From: Glaucostegus cemiculus
Taxonomy: Eukaryota
NCBI GenBank assembly: GCA_976551045.1
Contig: CDPCPM010000026.1
Coordinates: forward strand, 4,960,001-5,024,000
Direction of reading: 5' to 3'
Length of the DNA: 64,000 bases
In this document: positions 54,601 to 64,000 of the stretch, piece after piece
Position numbering within the stretch: the stretch's first letter is position 1
Layout of the letters: every line of letters starts with the position of its first letter
The notes under the pieces: model-generated
What the model was told of the DNA's origin: nothing
The model's database searches: none
Seen by the model: only the letters and a program-made list of their open reading frames with translations
Program-made: the position numbers and the translations under genes

Positions 54601-55920
54601 TTGTATTGGTATTGGTTTATTATTGTCACTGAGGTACAGGGAAAAGTTTGTCTTACAAACTGATCATACAGGTCAATTCATTACACAGTGCAATTACATT
54701 GAGTTAGTACATTGAGGTAGTACAGATAAAAACAATAACAGTAAAGTGTCACAGCTACAGAGAGTGCAGTGCAATAAGGTGCAAGGTCACAACAAGGTAG
54801 AGCGTGAGGACATTGTCCATCTCATTGTACAAGGGAACTGTTCAATAGTCTTATCATAGTGGGGTAGAAGCTGTCCTTAGGTGGTAACTGTTGTCAGGCC
54901 CCTGTATCTTCTACCCGATAAAAGAGGAGAGAAGAGAGAATGTCCCGGGTGGGTGGGGTCTTTGTTTATGCTGACTGCTTCACCAAGGCAGCAAGAGGTA
55001 AAGACAGAGTCCAGGGAGGGGAGGCTGGTGTCTGTGATGCACTGGGCTGTGTCCACAACTCTCTGCAGTTTCTTGCCGTTCTGGACAGAGCAGTTGCCGT
55101 ACCAAGCCGTGATAAATTCAGAGAGAAATCAGATGGAGGTAGAAAGCTATGGTGCATCTGTAAAAGTTGGTGAGAGACAAAGGCGACAAACCAAATTTCT
55201 TTAGCCTCCTGAGGAAGTAGAGGCACTGGTGAGCTTTCTTGGCTGTGGCTTGTACATCATTTGACCAGGACAGGCTGTTGGTGATGTTCACTCCCAGGAA
55301 CTTGAAGCTCTCAACCCTCTCGACCTCAGCACCATTGATGTAGACAGGTGCATGTACACCACACCCTTTCCTGAAGTCAATGACCAACTCTTTTGTTTTG
55401 TTGACATTGAGGGAAAGGTTGTTGTCATAACACCATTCCACTAAGCTCTGTATCTCCTTCCTGTACTCCGACTCATTACTGTTGGAGATACGGCTGAGGA
55501 CGCAGCCTTGTAGGGCAGCAGTGTTGAGAAGAACTGTGCCAGAGGTATTGCTGCCTATCCTCACTGATTGCGGGCTGTTTGTTAGAAAGTCAAGGACCCA
55601 GTTACAGAGGGAGGTGTTGAGTCCTAAATCTTGGAGTTTGGTGACAAGCTTGCTTGGAATTATTGTATTGAAGGCAGAGCTGTAGTCAATAAACAATAGT
55701 CTAGCGTAGGTGTCTTTACCATCCGATGCTCCGGAGCGGAGTGTAGGGCCAGGGAGATGGCACCCGCTGTAGAGCTGTTTCAGCAATAGGTGAATTGCAG
55801 TGGGTCCAGGTTGTCTGGGAGGCTGGAGTTGATGCGTGCCATGACCAACCTCTCAAAGCACTTCATGGTGGTGGATGAGTCATTGAGGCATGTTACCTTG
55901 CTTTTCTTTGGTACTGGGAT
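54601..55920 (-). mobile_element. Rex/Babar-type LINE with internally deleted reverse transcriptase
   Basis: ORF 55118-55786: [50 protein letters not shown]. The FADD segment is absent. Tail (ACCAAT)n at ~54603-54615. Confidence 0.9.
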
Positions 55921-55959
55921 GCTGGCCTTGTATATCTCTTTCTATTTTGCACTGATCAC

Positions 55960-56560
55960 ACCACCTGATAACATTCTAATCACTGAGTAGTTTCTCAATG
56001 GATTCTTCTATTTATGATCCCTTGTTCTGGATTTTCTCACAGGTGGAAACATCCTCCTTTTGGCTTTACCATTGAACCACCTCATAATCTTTAAGATTTC
56101 TCTCAAAATCCTAATTTTTTCCAATCTTCTCTTCTATGGGAAAAAGATACTTTCTTTCCTAATAGAAGTGCTCACCTACTTCAGGCATCATCCTTCAAAA
56201 CTTCCTTGTACATTTTCCATGGTTTCTATTTCCTTTTTGTTGTATGGAAATTAGAACAGCACAGTACAAGTGTGGTCTAACCAAGTTCAATTCCAGAAGT
56301 TAACTGCTGTGTTAACTTCTATTATAATTTTTAATGATTTTGAATGTGTACCCAAGATCCTCCTCCTTTACTACATGGTAACTGGTGTTTTTTAGTCCAA
56401 CCAAAATGCAATCTGTCTATATTGAAATTAATTTTCTATTTACCCACCCATTCTGCAGGGTTATACACATCTTCTGGCATTTTGTTATAATATCCTCAGT
56501 AATAAATGTGCTCTGTTTTCTATTGTGTAATATGCAAACATTTAAACAATCTCCTTTAGA
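55960..56560 (-). mobile_element. Old CR1 3' relic
   Basis: Reverse CR1 phrases (cccttgttctggattttctcacaggtggaaacatc, gaacagcacagtacaagtgtggtctaaccaag). Confidence 0.55.
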
Positions 56561-56849
56561 ATTTCTTCTGACCATTCGCCATAACTTCAGTGAGGATGGT
56601 AGAATCCACTAAATATAGTGTAATCATAATTTTCAAAAGCATTTTCACTCCCCTTCACTAAGCCTACATTGAACATTTATAAAAGCAGATATTCACCTCT
56701 CGCTCCCCACCAACCACACCTCTAGATGTCCTTTAAATTGAGGGACGATTTTTGTTCCTGAAATGAAGTGAGAAAATACTTCCCTGTTTTATTTCAATGA
56801 ATTGTGAAATGTGGTCATCCCTATAGAGTTCAGAATTTGATATCTTAAA

Positions 56850-57430
56850 TCCAAAATCTGGGTGATGATCCAGCTTCTTGAATCAGTGTATTCCCCTCAG
56901 TGAAGGGAATTGCACGTGTGCTTAGGTAGAAAGTCAAGATTTTGACTGAGAGATGATAAAAGAATGGGTGACAAATTTCCAAATCAGGGTGATGTGTGAC
57001 CTGGAAGGTAACTTGCAGCTATTAGCATTCCAATGTATCTGCGGCATTGGTTGTGACTGCTGGAGGTTGCAGTTTTGGGAAGTGGAATCAAACAAGCCTT
57101 GGTGAGTTGCTGAAGTATATTTTGCAGATGGTAAGAACTACAGCCACAGAGCAACCGTTTCAGAAGGACAGAATGCTTAAAGTGGTAGGCTGGGTGCCAA
57201 TCAAACAGCAGCTTTACCATAAATACTGTTGAGCTCCTGTATTTTTAGAGCCGCAGTTACAGAGTAAAGTGGGGTGTATTCCATTGTGCTTTATTGATAG
57301 TGGAAAGACTTTGTTAATTCAGGAGGGGAGTCACTTGCTCTGAAATAAATAGTTTTTGATCTGTTGTAGCGACTGGATTTATGAAGCTGCTCCATTTAGG
57401 CTGTCTGGACAATAGAGCCCCAGCCTGTTG
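56850..57430 (-). mobile_element. CR1/L2-clade LINE 3' relic
   Basis: Similar to 22705-23010 (caaatcagggtgatgtgtgacctggaaggtaacttgcag ... gggtgccaatcaaacag). Confidence 0.6.
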
Positions 57431-58204
57431 ATCTTTCCTCATAGGGATGCCCTCCCAGTTCTGCTTTCATTCTAACAGTGAGGGTCACTGTAAATATGCA
57501 AACCCTCTCCAGCTAGGACTGTCACAAAGTGCATTAGATCTTCTCATTAGCATGGAACTGCTCTGCCACTCAACTCACTGTTAAATCCAGTGGTGGAGCA
57601 GACAGTATCTGACTCTCAGTGTGAACCTAGACTTCTACTTCTAACCACCTACTTGCAAAATTCTGAGATGTGCTGAGGCACCGTCTGTTGATAACTTAGT
57701 CTCTTTCCAAACTGCCGGCAAACAGCACATGTTGTCTACCAGTCCTTTGGCAGTAGGTTTATGTGTGGAATTTAAATTTAACCACTTTTGCAGGAATACA
57801 AAACTTAAATGAAAATAAAGAGAATTAAATTAACCATATCAATGAAAATTCATACACTGTGGAATCATCTGAACAAATTTAGTTACAGTTTCCTCCATGT
57901 TCACACCATTGGTTAACCCAGTCTCCAGTGCAAGCAACAGGTGTCGAAACCAAGCTTCTAAGGCTGCAACAAAGTCTTATGAGGATGCACTCGACAATAA
58001 CAAAATATATTTGTGTATTTACACTCATGTAAGGCAATGTTGCCATAAAGACCAATAAGTCAAATGCTCTTTAGTTCTTCACAAATTCCAGAAAATGCAT
58101 TGAAACATCTAATTCTCAGGCATTCAAAAAAGGTTCAGTGTTGTGTACAAAAAAGACACTCAAACTCTACTTCAGGAACCACATACTGAAATTCTTCATT
58201 CAAT

Positions 58205-58811
58205 TTGATGCATCCTAACCCAATGTATCACTGTTTGGTTTGGAAGCTGCTCAGCGGAAGTCCCTCCAGAAGATAGTTAGGGCTGCGGAGAGGATCACAG
58301 GTGTCTCGCTTCCATCCCTCGCAGACATATACAAAGACCGTTGTGTGAGGAAGACCAAAAGCATAATGGCCGACCCTTCTCACCCCTCCCATCACCTCTT
58401 CACAATTTTGCCATCAGGGAGGAGGCTTAAATGTATCAGGGCAAGAACGACCAGGCTGAACAATAGCTTCTTTCTGCAAGCCATCAGAACTGCAAACTCT
58501 CTCATCCCTCCATCTTCCTTGTTAACACTAAGAGATGCTAGGTGCACAGAAATGCACCAGCACTTTAAATGCCCGACACCAGCCCGTTCACTTTAATAAC
58601 TATTTATTTATTTACCGGCCATTTTTAATTTAATCTGCGTATTAATTTAACTTTAACTTCCATAGTTTTTAACGTTTTAATGTTTATTCTGTTAAGTGTG
58701 TCTGTGTCTCTGTTGGTTGTTATTTAATGGGACGAGCACCTGAGGAGGACGGTATCTCGCTCCTATGCATACTATGTATGTATATGGTTGTGACAATAAA
58801 ACTGATTCTGA
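58205..58811 (+). mobile_element. Rex/Babar-type LINE 3' end (third subfamily)
   Basis: ORF 58240-58596 DPSHPSHHLFTILPSGRRLKCIRARTTRLNNSFF. Tail GACAATAAAACTGATTCTGA. Confidence 0.85.
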
Positions 58812-58879
58812 ATTTCACAAGGGCCTAATTTTCCTTTTGATATATTAAGTTTAAAATTTTGTTGCAATATGACATAGAT

Positions 58880-60450
58880 GAGTATACCTACATTCTTCTA
58901 TTTAAATCATCTATTAATTTCATTTATTGCAGTGTAGAATGCAAAAGTGATTTTATATTCATCTTCTAAAGGCCTAAAAGTGCCGGATTCCATGCAGCCC
59001 CTGTAAAATGGTCCAGAGTTTTTATTGGTCACTTTTCCAATAAGATATCCAGTGACCAAATGGTTGGCTTTTAAGAAAGTATTCATATAGCTTTTCATCC
59101 ATTCTCAAGTTGCACAAAACTTTCAAATAACTTTCACATATACTGTATTGATTCTTTCTCTCTATAACGTACATATAGTTGAGCATTTCCACTAACACCA
59201 AAAAGTTGACAGTGAATTTAAAATCCATCTGTATCACGACATTTACTTCTGCTAACACAATGCTTTAGTGTGATTCTAAAATAGAGAATTGGTCATCTAT
59301 GATCTGTGAAGTTTGGCAACATGAATAGCATTGAACTTTGTGAAAACCATAAACACATCACCCTCGACCATTGCATCCATCAACTGTGACACTTGATGTC
59401 CCTTCCCTATGTGGCCTGGTGTCCTTCTGTTCTTTTCTTAAACTGGGTGCAGCTGTGACTTCTAGTGTAAATGGACATGCACAGGTTTTAGACCAACCCT
59501 AACAAATTATCTGTAATATTGTTATCAACCACAAGTTAATCAATGTGCATAGCAATGTATATTCTCTAAACAATTGGTGGTTTTGCTTTCTGAAGTAATT
59601 TTGTAGTCCTGATTCGCGCCCTCTTATGTTTGTTGCCCCATCATACCAACACCCTCTTTTTTGTGCAAAATACACATTTGGTTTAATTAGCATGTTCTCT
59701 GAAATCTGGAAAAATGATTCAGCTATTGTGCTCAATACTTCTTACAAACTTACAATGCACTCAATTAATTCCCACTCACCATCACTTACGAATCAAAATG
59801 CAACTGCTGCCAATAAGAATAGGACTTCCTGTATCACACTGCAATGTCTGAGTGGCCAATACTTTTTTGTTGCATGTAAAGTTGTAACAAAAGCAGGTTT
59901 CATATTAGTTTGATAAGTAGAAGATGGTCATTCTAGGGGCACCACACTTTTTGGCATAAAGATATCTCCAAGGAACAGCAATGGATGAAGAGCATCTCCA
60001 AGGAATGCCTTGGTTTCATGCTCATCATGACCCAAAGCGGTAACTCAACCTTTTCCAATGTAGCACCAATGTACAGGAAATGTATTCTGCAATTTGCCCA
60101 TTTTCAATATTCTTTTGGGCGCTACATTTGCATTATTTTGCTTGATGCAAAATCTACATGTAACCTTTCCAAGTTAAAGTGGCTGATAGGATTAATTGCT
60201 ATTTTATGCTGGTCAGTTTGCACCTCTTCCTCAGGTCTCATTTCCAAATTCAACAGCCAAAGGCTATTTAGTGAGATCATTTTGTTGATTAAATTGCTTG
60301 AAAGCAACTTGCATAAGAAACAAAATAGTCTGTCATCCTTCTTTAAAATATTCAAGACAATAGCCTTCTTCTGATATCTTACATCACTCTTCATTAAATG
60401 AGCTTAATTTATTTCCAAGCACTTGTTGGGGATACCTATTCATGTGGCCC
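58880..60450 (-). mobile_element. Fossil hAT-superfamily transposase (ZMYM1/TTF-zinc-finger type)
   Basis: Motifs in correct order on the minus strand: KKDDRLFCFLCKL, frameshifted LPL-GHDE (~60021-60044), AF*FVSDGEWELIECIV, GCWYDGATNIRGRESGLQ, IHCYAH*. Many stops and frameshifts. No terminal inverted repeats recognised. Confidence 0.75.
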
Positions 60451-61204
60451 TTGCTTCACAATGCACAAGTGTTCTATTTTATTGCAAAAAAGAGCAGCCC
60501 CCTAAAGAGAATTGCCACAGTACTCACTTTCAGCCCTTGTGATGGATACTATTTCAGTTGTTTCACATTTGGTTCTCCTGTTGAAACTGCTAGTCTGCTG
60601 AAGTGTCTCTCTGTCACAGTTTTCTCAGGTGGAAGTTGAGGAAGGTTCAGTCTTCTGAAAACAAGACAGTGGATCCTCAGGTGCTCGCAATCTGTTTAGA
60701 AGAATTTTCTTGTGTCCATTATGGTGACTTTTTTAAAAAAACTGCACAAGTTGCTGTAGGAGTCTTATGGGGAAAAATTCAGGCCATGTTCAGTGGACAA
60801 TCTCCCAGGTCAATGGAGCAACTGCAAGAAGAATTGTCCCACACTTATGCACCCCATAACCAGGCAGTGCTCCCAGAAATCTCCTGTGCATTTCAGTACT
60901 ATATGTGTCCTACCAACTGATCCTAAAAGCAACCAAGGACAGCAACTTGATCCTGCCCGACTGACTATGGAACTATAGTTGATTATGCAAAAATGAAATT
61001 TTGTTATCAAAAAATGTTGGAATTTGACAAAAATTAGATAGTGGGAACTGCCTGGATATTGACTGGTTGTAGAGGGCTTTTGGACATTGATTTTAAAATT
61101 GTAAGGCCACCCCCTCCAAAAGCTGATAAAGATGGATAGAGTAAATGACAGCAACATTACCCATGTCACATGCCATGCTGACATGTGATCCTTCAATAAG
61201 GTAA

Positions 61205-61500
61205 CAGTTAACACACTCCCACTGGTGGCATTGTGTGTGTGGTGTGTGTGTGGTTTGCACATTCTCCCTGTGATTGTGTAGTCCCCCCCCCCACACAAAG
61301 TGGTCCAGTTCCTCCCACCACCCAAAGATATGCAAATTGGTAGGGTAACTGGCAACTGTAAATTACCCCTTGTGCAGGTAAATGGGGAGTTGATACACGA
61401 GAGAAACCGTAGATCATAGGGATACAAGTGGGGAATGAGATTGATGGAATTGCTCCGAGAGTCAACATGGACTGAATGGCCCCCTTATACAACACAAGAA
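61205..61500 (+). mobile_element. V-SINE (HE1-like) with expanded TG and C tracts
   Basis: gtttgcacattctccctgtga...ttcctcccaccacccaaaga...ttggtagggtaactggcaactgtaaattacccc plus a CR1-like tail. Confidence 0.72.
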
Positions 61501-62149
61501 GATTTGAAACGATGGAGAGCAATGACTTACTGATGTCCAATTTAAGTATCATGTTACCTATTATTCAGTTATTGTGAGTGTTTTACTCTTTGATATACAG
61601 TGATTGTGATTCTGGGCCTAAGCGATAAGATTATTAGGAAGACCTGTGCCTCTGCGTGCCCTTTTTACACACACCCATTTGGCACTTTGCACTTCTCTGT
61701 TAATTATATGTAATAATGCCAAAGCTATTTATTCACTAACTTCTTGTAATATGCACAGTTGGATGCAATCCATTCAGGCCAGACTGTTCCTTGCTTTGAA
61801 GTTATTATTAATTTACTACCTCAGTTATTTACTGCTTCAACATTTTTCTCTGAAGTCTATTTACTTAAACTACCAATGTGGCACTTGTAAACGTATAGTC
61901 TTGCCAAGGGTTCGTGAATCTTGACAAAAATCATAGTTTAAATAGGTTGATGCTTACATTTTCAAGGACAAGTAATAAGCAAACAAACTTATTGGTTTTG
62001 AAGAAATATCTGCAAAAGGGTTACCTAGCATCTGTACAACATGTCAGTGTTCACTACTATCCTCTACAGTACAGATATATAGCTGTTTATAAAGACACCA
62101 TGATGCACTCTACAATGTAGTTTATATTCAAGATATTAAGAATCCAATG

Positions 62150-62450
62150 GAATATGTTTGGAACTAATCCAGACAAAAATCAATGCACAAAACAGAAGGA
62201 ATACAATCCTCCAAAATAGATCATTAAGGCTAGGACCATTTAGTGGCAGGAAGATCAGAGGTTACCAAAACAAACAATGAAATAGATACCTCCAAGGGGA
62301 AAAAAATAATCTGGCAGGCTGAGATTTGGGACCGTGTCATGGAAAAGGATTTATCTTCAATAAATCTGAACCAGATACATCTCCCTCAAGTGTGTAGTGA
62401 TAGAATAAACTGATGATGGTCCAATGGACCTCAATTATTGCATGACATCT
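62150..62450 (+). mobile_element. Old CR1 3' end relic
   Basis: aatatgtttggaactaatccag...gatggtccaatggacctc, a decayed CR1 terminus. Confidence 0.4.
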
Positions 62451-63409
62451 TGAATTGCAATTAACTCTAAATATTTAGTGAAGGTACAGATTTCCATTAC
62501 TTTTGCTGGTGTGGATTTCTGATGTGTCCCATGGTGGGGGGCTCCCTACAGGGAGCACTAAATTAGAAAGTGACGGCTTGTACAAAGTTCTGAAGCAGAG
62601 TTCTCTCTTCAATAATTCCAAAACATCAAGATCTGTTCCTCATACAGAAAGAGTAAAGAAAATCATCTCCCTCCCAAGCTAATTTCATTTGTCTATCACC
62701 AGATTTGAAAATTAGTGCCATGAATGATTGCAATGTCTCTGCCCTTGTTGAATCAAGTAGCTTACACGAGGATTGTTTATGACCGGAAGCTGACAGTACT
62801 AGAAAATACTCGGGTTTTCTCAATTACTGTAAATGTGGTATTAGGTGGCAGGAATGTATGGATCATCCCATAGTTCACCATGTCAAGAAAGTAGAACAAA
62901 AAACCATTCACATTAAAATGTTACTAAATTTACTGAAAATTAAGTATTTTTAGAATCATCTCCAGGGTAGTTAATGGCTTTGAGACTTCCCTTAATCTAC
63001 TTTTGACTGAATGGTCATTGGGCAAGCACCTTAGTTAAACTGTTGCTGTTCTATCCAGGGACTGCATTTCACAGAATAATAATCACAATATGAACTGGTT
63101 GACTTTTAAAATCATTACTTTGGATACATTGAACAGAGTGATAATCTCACCCTGCCCCGTTCACAGATCCTAATAAGTTACTATAACAATTAGATGTTTT
63201 ATGAAAAATCATTTTTTGTCATTCATTCATACTTTCTGCCCTCAGTTCTGCACAAAACCAGCACTTACTTCTTTTGATGTTAAAAACCTATAAGCATTTA
63301 ATTTTATGAGGGTCTTCCACTTTAGCTGGACTTCAATGGAATCCAGAGGACAATGACAGATATCTATTATTACTTGGATTTGCTACCATTATAAAAGGCT
63401 GCATCAAGG

Positions 63410-63515
63410 TAAATAAAAACAAGCTAGAACTGCTCAGCAGGTCAGGTAGCATCAATGGAAAGTGAAACAGAATTAATGTTTCAGAGTCAAAGACTTTGTC
63501 AGAACTGGGAAAGGG
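63410..63515 (-). repeat. Penelope-type terminal repeat fragment
   Basis: gctcagcaggtcaggtagcatcaatggaaagtgaaacagaattaatgtttcag, same family as the 37.4 and 37.9 kb copies. Confidence 0.65.
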
Positions 63516-64000
63516 AGAAAAGTTACTAGATCAATAGGAAATAACTTTGATAGGATGCAGCCAGGGTTGCCATGGTGTTTAGCTCTTGATGAAGCCATCA
63601 CAGCAAAACTCTAAAGATTGAATGGAAGGACATGACAAAACATGTAGGAGGACATCAAACTTCTTATGAAATCCTCTGATGAACTGAAAAAAAATTTACA
63701 AGATTCCCTTAATTACATGGGTACTAAACTCTGCATTACCAGTTATTAAAGAAAAACAACTTTACTCATCATCCATCATGTTAAAAGATACCTTTGCCAG
63801 TTTTGGCTGTACTTCAGCTCACTTACAAAACTGATTACCTGGAAATTCAATGTCACATACTTTCAGCTGTTATCCATCAAAATTAGTACTGAGGAACTGT
63901 GGGTTAGGGTGTAGAAATTTCTCTTTGTGCTGTCCAGGAACGTGCCAGGAAGTCAGAAATTCCCACTCTGTAAAAGTAGGTACCATCTAATCCCTCTACA

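Noticed and set aside
60810-61427. 205-aa minus-strand ORF
   Set aside because: Begins inside a V-SINE, crosses simple repeats and resembles no protein I recognise.
61500-64000. 3' exons of an upstream neighbour such as DUS2 (adjacent to NFATC3 in human)
   Set aside because: No matching peptide or exon could be identified.
1-64000. CRISPR arrays, tRNA/rRNA genes or prokaryote-type systems
   Set aside because: No regularly spaced repeats or intact RNA genes; tRNA-like boxes occur only as SINE heads in a spliced vertebrate locus.

Overview
Eukaryotic, AT-rich vertebrate DNA. The repeat content (CR1, Rex/Babar, L1-Tx1, V-SINE, Deu-SINE and Penelope-type elements) suggests a cartilaginous fish; this is inference from recalled consensus sequences. 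The window holds the 5' half of one protein-coding gene, NFATC3, on the minus strand. It comprises a CpG-island promoter (~48.5-48.9 kb), coding exon 1 (48346-48433), the large regulatory-domain exon 2 (30096-31209) and exon 3 (18494-18656, start of the Rel-homology domain). All splice sites are GT-AG and phase-compatible. I found no exon 4, so the gene probably continues past position 1. The rest is intron or intergenic DNA full of decayed retroelements plus one fossil hAT transposase, and nearly all other listed ORFs are spurious or transposon debris. Best leads: a candidate 57-nt stop-containing exon in intron 3, an inverted Rex pair just upstream of it, three tandem hairpins at 6.6 kb, degenerate hammerhead-ribozyme cores in Penelope-derived ends, two 6-codon uORFs, and a three-level nested retroelement. 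I do not see convincing evidence of a wholly new biological system. Repeat boundaries and family names are by-eye estimates.
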